Origin: Patescibacteria group bacterium
GTDB taxonomy: Bacteria > Patescibacteriota > Patescibacteriia > UBA2591 > UBA6264
DNA length: 64,000 nt
Reading direction: 5' to 3'
Assembly: GCA_016784145.1 (NCBI GenBank)
Contig: JADHVF010000001.1
Coordinates: forward strand, 26,367-90,366
Both the position numbers and the translations under genes were made by a program. The notes under the pieces were generated by a model. It was not told the DNA's origin, searched no databases, and saw only the letters and a program-made list of their open reading frames with translations. Positions 28,307 to 37,296 of this stretch are shown piece by piece. Position 1 is the stretch's first letter; the number at the start of each line of letters is the position of its first letter.

Positions 28307-30551
28307 GGATAAATATTTAATTTTCAGCATAACATCATTGTTGTCAGTTATTATTTGGTATTTTAATTTTGAATTTTGGCAAAATCAAATTCTTTATTTT
28401 TTTATTTTTTTTATTTATGTAGTTATAAATTCAAGTTGTCTTGGTAAAATATTGGGGTACTTTGGATTCGAAGAAGAGTTACAATTTATTTTTGGAATAT
28501 TTGCATTACTTTATTTGATTGCGTTTGGCATGGCAATTCCGATAGTTTTTTTCAAGATAACACCTGTTTGGTTGTTATGCTTGCTTTTATGTTTATCTTT
28601 GATTTTGTCTTTTATTTCAAAAAAAATTAAATATTCTTCAAAAAAAATTACTTTAATTAAATCAAAATTTATTTTTAAAGTACCGAAGGCAAATATTGTT
28701 TTTGGTGTTTTTCTTTGGTTGTTTTGTTTTTTTCTTTTGTTTTATTCTAGGACAGGTCAATATATTCGTTCTCCATGGACAGTTATTCATCCTCTATATC
28801 TTTATGCTTGGGCTGGAATTATTTTTATGACGGGTTGCCTTGTTTTTTCAAAAATAAAATTAAAATATTTTTTAATAATAATTGTTTTAATGTCTTTTTT
28901 AACCCATGCTTATTTGTTGATTCCATATAAGTCTGGTTTTGGTGGAGACAAGTGGAGACACATTGGGGCAGCCAAGTCATTAATGCAAGGAAATGCATAT
29001 AAGCCCTCCTTGTTAGATGAGGAAATTACATATAAAGAGTTTGGTTCTTTTAAAATTCCAGAAGTATTTATTGCTGGCAATAAAACTTCATATGCAAACA
29101 TGTGGGGGATGACAATTGCTTTATCATGGTTGTTAGGTGTTGATGTTTTTTACATTGATTTGATTTTAGGGATTATTCTTTTTTCGCTTTTTTTACCCTA
29201 CTTGCTTTTAAAAATAGGGAGTTTTATATCTCAAAAAAAGACATTTTTATTTTTATTTGTTTTGTCTTCATTTTTGTTTTATCCTTTGCAAGCATATGCA
29301 AGTATTACCGTCCCAATGAGTTTTGCTTTTTTGCCTTTTTTGTTTTCTCTAATTTTTTTATTAAAATATTTTTCAGAAAAATTTAGTTCTAAAAAATTAT
29401 TTTATTATCTTTTGTTTTTTAGTATATTTTTGTATTTTAATTATATTTTATATTTAATTTTATTTATAGAAATTTTATTTTTACTTATTTTGTTTAAAAA
29501 TATTTCATTTAAAAAATTATCAAGTATAAAAATTATTTTATTATTAGTTGGTTGTTTTATGCTGTTGTTATTTTTTATTCCTATTTTAGATACATATAAT
29601 AATTATTCATGGTTTAAGGATGATATTCCAAGTATTGGAAAAAGTTTTAAAGAATTTTCTAAAAATATTTTATATTCAAATGTAATATTCCCTAGAAGTT
29701 ATGGCTTTGAACAGGACAATTGGCTTTATGCTACAACAGGATTAAATTTAAGCAGGTCAATTCTATCTGAAATTTTGCCATGGAATTTTATTTTAACACC
29801 ATTGCTTTGGGTAATTATATTATTTGGAATAATTTTTTATAAAAAATTAAAACAACCTAAAATAGTAATATTGTTTCTTTTTCTTTTAATATTGGTTTTT
29901 GCAAGTCAAATGATAGCTACTTACTTTATGGAAGGCAATCATATTTTTAGTAAACGTCTCGTTATTTTTAGTTCGTTTTTAGTTATGATTTTATTATCCT
30001 GGGGAGGTCATCAATTAGTAGAAAATTTATCATTAAAGTTTTTTTCTTTTAAGGCAATTGTTTATTTGCTGGCTTTATTTTTCTCTCTGGTGGCTACTAG
30101 TGTTTATATGTCAGGGCCAAAGTTCCAAGTAGTAACTGCTGATGAATATCAATCAGCTAAATATGTTTGGCAAGCAATAGAATCAGAGGTTTCTGAAACA
30201 GGGAATGCTTGTGTGCTTGCAAATACGTGGCCATTATTGGCCTTGGAGGCAGTTTCAAGTCGGCAGATTTTAACTGGAGGGTTTCCTTTTTATTATGAGT
30301 ATAGACAACCAGAAAGAGTTCAATTATTTCAGAACATGAATGAATCTCCTTCTGTTCGTTATTTAGATAAATCCATAGAAATCACTAAGTCAAAAAATTG
30401 TTATTTCATGACTGAATCAAGATGGATTTTATTTGATAAAAGGGAAGAAATAGTTGAGCAAATAGATAAAATAATAGGGGGTCATATTAATATTGGTAAG
30501 GTTATGATATGGAAATATCAACCAAATCATTTAATAAAAAATAGTTTATGA
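28272..30551 (+). CDS. Large polytopic membrane protein (at least 14 TM), possibly a GT-C-type glycosyltransferase or glycan polymerase
   Basis: 759 aa and highly hydrophobic. Operonic with GT2/GT4: it overlaps the GT4 3' end by 35 nt. No diagnostic motif recognised. Confidence 0.4.
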   Translation: MKKLSIIKEINKDKYLIFSITSLLSVIIWYFNFEFWQNQILYFFIFFIYVVINSSCLGKILGYFGFEEELQFIFGIFALLYLIAFGMAIPIVFFKITPVWLLCLLLCLSLILSFISKKIKYSSKKITLIKSKFIFKVPKANIVFGVFLWLFCFFLLFYSRTGQYIRSPWTVIHPLYLYAWAGIIFMTGCLVFSKIKLKYFLIIIVLMSFLTHAYLLIPYKSGFGGDKWRHIGAAKSLMQGNAYKPSLLDEEITYKEFGSFKIPEVFIAGNKTSYANMWGMTIALSWLLGVDVFYIDLILGIILFSLFLPYLLLKIGSFISQKKTFLFLFVLSSFLFYPLQAYASITVPMSFAFLPFLFSLIFLLKYFSEKFSSKKLFYYLLFFSIFLYFNYILYLILFIEILFLLILFKNISFKKLSSIKIILLLVGCFMLLLFFIPILDTYNNYSWFKDDIPSIGKSFKEFSKNILYSNVIFPRSYGFEQDNWLYATTGLNLSRSILSEILPWNFILTPLLWVIILFGIIFYKKLKQPKIVILFLFLLILVFASQMIATYFMEGNHIFSKRLVIFSSFLVMILLSWGGHQLVENLSLKFFSFKAIVYLLALFFSLVATSVYMSGPKFQVVTADEYQSAKYVWQAIESEVSETGNACVLANTWPLLALEAVSSRQILTGGFPFYYEYRQPERVQLFQNMNESPSVRYLDKSIEITKSKNCYFMTESRWILFDKREEIVEQIDKIIGGHINIGKVMIWKYQPNHLIKNSL

Positions 30552-31411
30552 GATATAAAAAAATTATCTTATATTTTTATCGTTTAATTCTTTGCTTATT
30601 TTTAGTTTGTTTTTTTGCTTGGTTATTTAATAAAAATATAATTCCACAAGGACATTTATTTTTGTCAAAGGATTTTTGCTCTAAATCAAGTTTTGTTTCT
30701 AATTTATATCCCGAAAATAGAGTTGGAGAAATTGAAATAGATGAAAATTCTAATTGTTGGCAAAAAATTTTTGTAGAGCCGGTTTATTTTAAAACAAAAA
30801 TTCCTAGAACTTTTACAAGAGCATCTGTAAAAATAAGTTACTCTAATCCAGATCAAGCTATTTTTCAAGTAGGATTGATGAAAAAAAGAATCAATCCACT
30901 TGATTGGAATTTTAAATTAAAATTAATTGAAAATAAAATTTTTGATGAACTAGATTGGCATAAATTAACAAGGGAAAATGTTACATTATGGCAAAAAGAA
31001 AAAAAGTTTAATACTATTCATGAATATGTTAATAATGTCCCTGATGATCAAAAAACAGTCACATTTTATTATCAGTTTGATGAACAGGCAATAAAGGATA
31101 AAACAAAAGTGGTTGGTTGGAATAGAAAAACTCCATTAGAATATGTTGACTATATTATTGCTAAATATGAGCCACCCCAGGTCATGGGAGAATGGAAGGA
31201 AAAAACAATAGAGTTTTTAGTTGGGCCAGATTATATGAATAACCATGCTTTGGAATTTATAATATCTTCTCCGGGATTAACAGTTAATCGTAATGAAATT
31301 AAAATTAATAAAATAGAAATTAATTTATATAGAAAAAATAGTAATTTCAAGATTTTTATAGAAGACATTGTTTTCTATTTGTCTAAAAAAATAGCTAAAA
31401 TTATAAATTAA
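30548..31411 (+). CDS. Hypothetical membrane-anchored protein, translationally coupled to the preceding gene
   Basis: ATGA overlap with the upstream gene, N-terminal TM helix, 287 aa. Confidence 0.4.
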   Translation: MRYKKIILYFYRLILCLFLVCFFAWLFNKNIIPQGHLFLSKDFCSKSSFVSNLYPENRVGEIEIDENSNCWQKIFVEPVYFKTKIPRTFTRASVKISYSNPDQAIFQVGLMKKRINPLDWNFKLKLIENKIFDELDWHKLTRENVTLWQKEKKFNTIHEYVNNVPDDQKTVTFYYQFDEQAIKDKTKVVGWNRKTPLEYVDYIIAKYEPPQVMGEWKEKTIEFLVGPDYMNNHALEFIISSPGLTVNRNEIKINKIEINLYRKNSNFKIFIEDIVFYLSKKIAKIIN

Positions 31412-31414
31412 ATT

Positions 31415-31624
31415 ATGAAATATTTAAGATTAATTTATACTCTAGTTAAAGAATTATGGCTTACATTGATTGGCTTGTTATTAGTTTTATTTATACTTGA
31501 AGATATTCAGCCAGGTTTTGTAAGTTTTTGGGTGGATTTAAATTTATTTTTATTAATAATTACTGTTAGTGGATTTTTGACATTATTCTTATCAAGAATT
31601 GGTTGTCAAAACTGTAAAAAATGA
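31415..31624 (+). CDS. Small hypothetical membrane protein
   Basis: 69 aa, two TM segments. Confidence 0.3.
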   Translation: MKYLRLIYTLVKELWLTLIGLLLVLFILEDIQPGFVSFWVDLNLFLLIITVSGFLTLFLSRIGCQNCKK

Positions 31625-31639
31625 TAAAATAAGAACATT

Positions 31640-32569
31640 ATGATATATATTTTATTTATTATTTTATTTATTATTCTTTTGGGAGGATTTGCAGGGTTAT
31701 TTTATTTTTTTAATAATAGGTTTAAAGAGCTTAAAGAAAAAAATAATCAAGATGGTTCTTTTCTAATGCTAAATCAAAATTTACAAAATTTTCAAAATTC
31801 AGTCAGTAATCGTCTTGAGAAAACTTCGGATATTATTTCTCAATTAAACAAAGAATTAGGAGGCATGAAAGAAATAGGTCATCAAATGCAGTTGTTTCAA
31901 GATTTTTTAAAATCTCCAAAAGCAAGAGGAGGGATAGGAGAGCAGGTTTTAAAAAATTTACTTGAACAATATTTCTCAAAACAGCATTTTAGTTTTCAGC
32001 ATAAATTCAAAACAGGCAAGATAGTTGATGCTATTTTAAAAACAAAAGAGGGGATAATACCGATTGATTCGAAGTTTTCGCTTGATAATTTTAGAAAATT
32101 AATAAAAGCAAAGTCAACTCAAGAAGAACAGAAAATTAAAAAATTATTTATTCGTGATATTAAAAATCACATTGACAGTATTTCCAAAAAATATATTCTT
32201 CCAGATGAAGGCACGGTTGATTTTGCAGTAATGTATGTTCCCTCTGAAGCGGTTTATTATGAGATTATTAAAATGGAAGAAAAAATTGATGATTATGCTA
32301 GAGAAAAAATGGTTTATTTTGTTTCACCAAATTCTTTTTATTATTTTCTTAGAATTATAATGATTGGAATGCAAGGACAAGAAATACAAGAGAATTCAAA
32401 ACAACTTTTACGAGTATTAACAACAGTCCAAAAAGATATGAGCAAGTTTAATACAATTTTAGGATTAGTTAATACTCATATTAATAATGCTAAAAATGCT
32501 GTTGATCAAGCAAATAATCAATATACAAAATTAATGGGCAAAGTTGATCAGGTTAAATTATTAAAATAA
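31640..32569 (+). CDS. rmuC: DNA recombination protein RmuC-like
   Basis: N-terminal TM segment and a coiled-coil region. Conserved RmuC-like blocks are IVDAILKTKEGIIPIDSKF and DFAVMYVPSEAVYYEI. Confidence 0.5.
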   Translation: MIYILFIILFIILLGGFAGLFYFFNNRFKELKEKNNQDGSFLMLNQNLQNFQNSVSNRLEKTSDIISQLNKELGGMKEIGHQMQLFQDFLKSPKARGGIGEQVLKNLLEQYFSKQHFSFQHKFKTGKIVDAILKTKEGIIPIDSKFSLDNFRKLIKAKSTQEEQKIKKLFIRDIKNHIDSISKKYILPDEGTVDFAVMYVPSEAVYYEIIKMEEKIDDYAREKMVYFVSPNSFYYFLRIIMIGMQGQEIQENSKQLLRVLTTVQKDMSKFNTILGLVNTHINNAKNAVDQANNQYTKLMGKVDQVKLLK

Positions 32570-32572
32570 TTT

Positions 32573-33700
32573 ATGAATTTTATTAAAGCCGTGGCTATTT
32601 TAATGGGGACTGTAATTGGAGCTGGCATATTTGGTCTGCCTTTTGCTTTTTCAAAATCAGGCTTTTTGATCGGAGTAGTGTATTTGTTTTTATTTTTTAT
32701 AGTATTATTGATAGGAAAATTTTGTTATGCAGAATTAATATTAAGAACCAAAGATGACTTAGAGATGCCAGGATATGCTAATAAATATTTGGGCAAATGG
32801 GGGAAGACATTAATTACAGTATCTTTAGTTCTTGGAATATATGCAGCCTTAACAGCTTATACAATTGGTGTCGGAGAATTTTTAGACATTATTCTTTCTC
32901 CTTTAATTGGTGGCACTCCTTTTGTTTGGTCTTTTATTTTTTGGGCTTTTGCAAGCATTGTAGTTTTAATTGGCATTAATGTTATTTCTCGGTTAGAAAT
33001 GTTTATGTCGGCTGGTCTTATTTTTGTTGTTTTTTTTATATTTATATTAACTTATCCCCATGTTGATATAAATAATTTAAAAATAATTAATTTTGACAAC
33101 ATATTTTTTCCTTATGGAATTGTTCTTTTTGCATTAGGAGGGGCAACAGCAATTCCTCTTATGAGAAAAATATTAACCAAACAAGTTAAATTACTAAAAC
33201 CAGCTATTATAGTTGGATTGATTATCCCTGTTTTAATTTATATAATTTTTTCAATTTCTATTATGGGAGTAACAGGAGTTAATACAACAGAAACAGCTCT
33301 GGCAGGGTTAAAAACAGTTGTAAATGGAAAAATAATATTAGTTGGTGGAATTTTTGGAATCTTAGCCATGTCCACTTCTTTTTTAGCTCTAGCATATGTT
33401 CTTCGTCAATTGTTTCAAATTGATTATAATATTCCATTATTTTTTTCATGGCTGTTAACAATTTCTGTACCAATGATTTTATTTGCTTTAGGTTTAAAAA
33501 GTTTTGTAAAAGTAATTGGATTTTCCGGAGGGATATTAGCTGGTTTGCAAAGCATGATTTTAATTGCTAGCTATTATAAGGCCAAGAAAATAGGGGACAG
33601 GAAGCCAGAGTTTTCTTTTAATCTTCCCAGGCCGTTTGCTTATTTAATTTATTTTATTTTTATAATTGGAATTATTTATCAGTTTGTTTATTCTTTTTAA
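32573..33700 (+). CDS. Amino-acid permease (aromatic/hydroxy amino acid permease-like)
   Basis: 11 predicted TM segments. The N-terminal MGTVIGAGIFGLPFAFSKSGF resembles the TnaB/Mtr/TyrP family. Confidence 0.45.
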   Translation: MNFIKAVAILMGTVIGAGIFGLPFAFSKSGFLIGVVYLFLFFIVLLIGKFCYAELILRTKDDLEMPGYANKYLGKWGKTLITVSLVLGIYAALTAYTIGVGEFLDIILSPLIGGTPFVWSFIFWAFASIVVLIGINVISRLEMFMSAGLIFVVFFIFILTYPHVDINNLKIINFDNIFFPYGIVLFALGGATAIPLMRKILTKQVKLLKPAIIVGLIIPVLIYIIFSISIMGVTGVNTTETALAGLKTVVNGKIILVGGIFGILAMSTSFLALAYVLRQLFQIDYNIPLFFSWLLTISVPMILFALGLKSFVKVIGFSGGILAGLQSMILIASYYKAKKIGDRKPEFSFNLPRPFAYLIYFIFIIGIIYQFVYSF

Positions 33701-33756
33701 AATATATTTTTTTTATTAATGGTCTCTGTTAATCAGGGATTTTTTGTTTAAAAAAG

Positions 33757-33860
33757 TTATCCACAGTCAGTGGTTGATAGGTGGTAAAAAATGGTTTATA
33801 ATATAAGCATCGTGTAAGCCTGTGGAGAAAAGTGGGGATAACTTAATAAAACTGTGGAAA
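33757..33860 (+). promoter_or_regulatory. mraZ promoter region with GTGG-repeat (MraZ-box-like) operator
   Basis: GTGG motifs at 33770, 33781, 33822, 33832 and 33854 with 10-11-bp phasing, plus the inverted copy TTATCCACA at 33757-33765. TTGATA at 33774-33779 and TATAAT at 33797-33802 are separated by a 17-nt spacer. Confidence 0.5.
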
Positions 33861-33867
33861 ATTATAT

Positions 33868-34299
33868 ATGTTTATAGGGGAATATAATTATTCAATAGAT
33901 GATAAAAATAGACTGGGAATTCCAGTTAAGTTTAGGTCTGAACTATTAAAAGGGGCTGTTGTCACAAAAGGTATTGACGACTGCCTTTCTTTATATACAA
34001 AGGAAGAGTGGAGAAAATATGTAACCAAGATATCTGCTATGCCAACTAGTAAGTTTAAAAATAGAGCTTTTCAAAGATTAATGTTGGCTGGAGCAATGGA
34101 TGTAAAAATAGATAAACAGGGAAGAATTACTTTGCCTGATTATTTAAAAAAATATGGCAAGATTAAAAAAAAGGTAGTAATAGCTGGGCTTTATAATAGA
34201 TTAGAAATATGGGACGAGAAAAAGTGGGATGAATATAGAAAAAAATCAGAAGCAAGTAGCTCTGAAATAGCAGAAACACTTGATGACATAGGGTCATAA
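33868..34299 (+). CDS. mraZ: Transcriptional regulator MraZ
   Basis: Duplicated MraZ domains (DDKNRLGIPVKFR and DKQGRITLP). Confidence 0.85.
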   Translation: MFIGEYNYSIDDKNRLGIPVKFRSELLKGAVVTKGIDDCLSLYTKEEWRKYVTKISAMPTSKFKNRAFQRLMLAGAMDVKIDKQGRITLPDYLKKYGKIKKKVVIAGLYNRLEIWDEKKWDEYRKKSEASSSEIAETLDDIGS

Positions 34300-34308
34300 A
34301 ATTTTAAC

Positions 34309-35181
34309 ATGCATATACCCGTTCTTTTAAATGAAGCAATTCATTATCTTAATCCAAAACCAGGCCAAAATTTTATTGATTGTACGATTGGACAATTAGG
34401 GCATTCAATTAAAATTTTAAATAAAACAAAACCAAGTGGAAAAATACTCGGGATTGATTTATCTAAACAAGCAATTGAATCTAGCCAAAAGCAACTTAAT
34501 AATATAGGAATTTTTGACAGGGCTGTTTTGGTAAATGATAATTTTGCAAATTTAAAAAAAATTGTTCAATCTAAAAAAATTAAACCAATACATGGCATTT
34601 TATTAGACCTCGGACTTTCAACAAACTTGATAGAAGAGAGTAATAAGGGATTTAGTTTTATGAGAGAGGAATTACTTGACATGAGATATGGTAAAACACA
34701 ATCAGGTCTCACGGCCATGAAAATACTTAATGGTTATTCAGAGCAAGACCTAGCAGATATTTTTTATGAATATGGAGGAGAAAGAAATTCTAGAAAAATA
34801 GCCAGGAATATTATTGAAAAAAGAAAAATTAAAAAAATAAAAACAACTGCAGAATTAAGAGATATTGTTATAAATTCTTTTAAACAAGGATTTCATGTTA
34901 AGTCGTTGGCAAGGGTTTTTCAAGCGTTAAGAATCGAAGTAAACAATGAATTAAATAATTTAAAACAGGTATTAGAACAGAGCATTGATGTATTGGAGCT
35001 AGGCGGAAGAATTGTCGTGATTAGTTATCATTCTTTGGAAGACAGGATTGTTAAGAGATTTTTTAAAACACAAGAGCAAATTAAAATTTTGACTAAAAGA
35101 CCAATAACCCCAAGCAAGCAAGAGATTGAATTAAATAAGAGGTCAAGAAGTGCTAAGCTTAGGGCTGGAGAAAAAAAATAA
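34309..35181 (+). CDS. rsmH: 16S rRNA (cytosine1402-N4)-methyltransferase RsmH (MraW)
   Basis: MHIPVLLNEAI N-terminus, a SAM-binding DCTIGQLGHS motif and LLDLGLST. Confidence 0.85.
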   Translation: MHIPVLLNEAIHYLNPKPGQNFIDCTIGQLGHSIKILNKTKPSGKILGIDLSKQAIESSQKQLNNIGIFDRAVLVNDNFANLKKIVQSKKIKPIHGILLDLGLSTNLIEESNKGFSFMREELLDMRYGKTQSGLTAMKILNGYSEQDLADIFYEYGGERNSRKIARNIIEKRKIKKIKTTAELRDIVINSFKQGFHVKSLARVFQALRIEVNNELNNLKQVLEQSIDVLELGGRIVVISYHSLEDRIVKRFFKTQEQIKILTKRPITPSKQEIELNKRSRSAKLRAGEKK

Positions 35182-35185
35182 TAAT

Positions 35186-35491
35186 ATGGCACAAACAAAA
35201 ACAACAATAATCAATTTTACTTTATTAAATTGTATTTTTATTATTTTATTTTTAGCTTTAACAGGAGCTTTATTGTATCAATCAAATTCAATGGTTTATT
35301 ATGGGTTGGAGATTGATAAAAATAATGATATGCTTCAAGACCTTTTGATTCAAAATGAATATTTAACAAAAAAAATAGTTAGTTTTAATTCAATGGAGAA
35401 TATTTCCTATGTTTCCAAAAATTTAGACATGGTTAAGGTCGAAAAATTTGATTATATTGCTTTAAATCAAGAAGTATTTGCTCAAAAATAA
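35186..35491 (+). CDS. ftsL: FtsL-like cell-division membrane protein (start moved to ATG 35186; the ORF track begins at 35150 inside rsmH)
   Basis: About 100 aa with a single TM helix (FTLLNCIFIILFLALTGALLY) and a leucine-rich periplasmic helix. It sits between rsmH and ftsI. Confidence 0.4.
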   Translation: MAQTKTTIINFTLLNCIFIILFLALTGALLYQSNSMVYYGLEIDKNNDMLQDLLIQNEYLTKKIVSFNSMENISYVSKNLDMVKVEKFDYIALNQEVFAQK

Positions 35492-35497
35492 ACCAAT

Positions 35498-37294
35498 ATG
35501 AAAAACATGACAGGGCGCTTAAAAATAACTATTGTTTTAGTTATTTTTCTTTTTGGCTTCGTGATAATTGCTCGACTTTTTGAGTTACAAATTTTAAAAA
35601 AGGATCATTTAAGGGGCTATTCGCTTCATAGAGATGATTCTTTAGTTAAATTAATCCCAGCTAGAAGAGGGGAAATAATTATAAAAGAAGACAAGGAAGA
35701 ATATAGATTAGCAGTTAATTCTAGAAAATATAATTTAATTGTTTCTCCAAGACAAATAGATAAAGAAAGTTTAGACAATTGGATAATGCAAATAAGTCCT
35801 TATTTAGACATAGAATATGAATTAAATGATAAAGATGTTGAATTGATTGAGGAGAATAAAACCACTGCAGATTTGAAATTTTTATTTTCTCGTCTTTCTT
35901 CTAAAACAGATTCTTATGAATTATTAAAAAAAGAAGTAGAAGTAGAGGAGGTTCAGCAAATAAAAAAGCTTGGATTAGCTGGCATAAGCTTTGAGCCACT
36001 AGAGAGAAGATTTTATCCTGAAAAAAATATTTTTTCTCATTTAATTGGTTTTTTAAGTAAAAATCAAGATTGTTTTGAAGAGCAAAATTGCCCTAATGCA
36101 AAAGGTCAATATGGAATAGAAGAATTTTTTGACAAAACACTGGCTGGAGAAAATGGCGAGTATAAGTCAGATGTTGATGCTCTGGGTAATATTATTCCTT
36201 CTCAAAGATATATTATTAAGCCAGCTAAAGATGGGGCAGACATTATAATTACAATTGATCGCTCCATACAGTTTTTTGTATGCAATACCCTGGTTGAGGC
36301 TGTTAATGAATATGAGGCTGAATCAGGGTCAATTTTGGTAGCCGATCCAAAGACAGGTGCAATCTTAGCCATGTGTAACTATCCTTTTTTTGATTCTAAT
36401 AAGTTTTTTGAGGAAGACATTTCTCTATTTAAAAATAATGCAATTTCTTCTGCATTTGAACCAGGGTCTGTTTTTAAGGTAATCACAATGGCTATGGGAA
36501 TTGATTTAGGATTAGTTAAACCAGAATCAACATATAATGATAAGGGATATATTGAGATAGAGGATTATATTATAAAAAACGTTGATGAAAAAAGTTTTGG
36601 GATTACCACCATGAACAATGTCTTGGAACAATCTATAAATACAGGGGCAGTTTTTGTGGCTGATTTAATTGGAATAAATAATTTTAGAAATTATACAAAA
36701 AAGTTTGGGCTGGGCAGTTTAACAGGCATAGGATTGGCAGGGGAAGCAAAGGCAAACATAGATAATTTAACTAAAAAATCAAAAACATATCTAGCCACAG
36801 CATCTTATGGGCATGGTATATCAGTTACCCCCATTCAAATGCTTAATGCAATTTCAGTAATTGCTAATTCAGGAAAATTAATGAAGCCATATATAGTTAA
36901 GTCAATTATAAGCCCTGACAAAGAAAAAATTATTTATAGTCCTGAATTTATTAGACAGGTTATTTCCCCATATACTGCTGCGACAATAACTTCAATGATG
37001 GTTTCTGTGCTTGAAAACGGGTATGGTAGAAGGGCAAAAGTTAAAGGATATCAAGTATCTGGCAAAACAGGAACAGCTATTATTCCTAAAAAAGGAGGAG
37101 GATATTTGGAAGAAGGCGTGATTCATTCTTTTGTTGGGTTTGCTCCTGCTTTTAATCCCAAGTTTGTTGCTTTAGTTAAGTTGGATAAACCCAAGCAACA
37201 TCGTTTTGCAGATTTAACTTCTGCTCCTTGTTTTGGAAAAATTGCAGAATTTATTTTAAATTATTATAATGTACCATTAGATAAAGAAAATTAA
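35498..37294 (+). CDS. ftsI: Penicillin-binding protein 2/FtsI-type transpeptidase
   Basis: N-terminal TM anchor. The catalytic motifs are SVFK (SxxK), SIN (SxN) and KTGTA (KTG). Confidence 0.8.
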   Translation: MKNMTGRLKITIVLVIFLFGFVIIARLFELQILKKDHLRGYSLHRDDSLVKLIPARRGEIIIKEDKEEYRLAVNSRKYNLIVSPRQIDKESLDNWIMQISPYLDIEYELNDKDVELIEENKTTADLKFLFSRLSSKTDSYELLKKEVEVEEVQQIKKLGLAGISFEPLERRFYPEKNIFSHLIGFLSKNQDCFEEQNCPNAKGQYGIEEFFDKTLAGENGEYKSDVDALGNIIPSQRYIIKPAKDGADIIITIDRSIQFFVCNTLVEAVNEYEAESGSILVADPKTGAILAMCNYPFFDSNKFFEEDISLFKNNAISSAFEPGSVFKVITMAMGIDLGLVKPESTYNDKGYIEIEDYIIKNVDEKSFGITTMNNVLEQSINTGAVFVADLIGINNFRNYTKKFGLGSLTGIGLAGEAKANIDNLTKKSKTYLATASYGHGISVTPIQMLNAISVIANSGKLMKPYIVKSIISPDKEKIIYSPEFIRQVISPYTAATITSMMVSVLENGYGRRAKVKGYQVSGKTGTAIIPKKGGGYLEEGVIHSFVGFAPAFNPKFVALVKLDKPKQHRFADLTSAPCFGKIAEFILNYYNVPLDKEN

Positions 37295-37296
37295 TT

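Noticed and set aside
33757-33765. Perfect DnaA box TTATCCACA, possibly marking oriC
   Set aside because: It is a single box with no dnaA or dnaN nearby. It sits within a set of phased GTGG repeats directly upstream of mraZ. That context fits an inverted MraZ half-site better.
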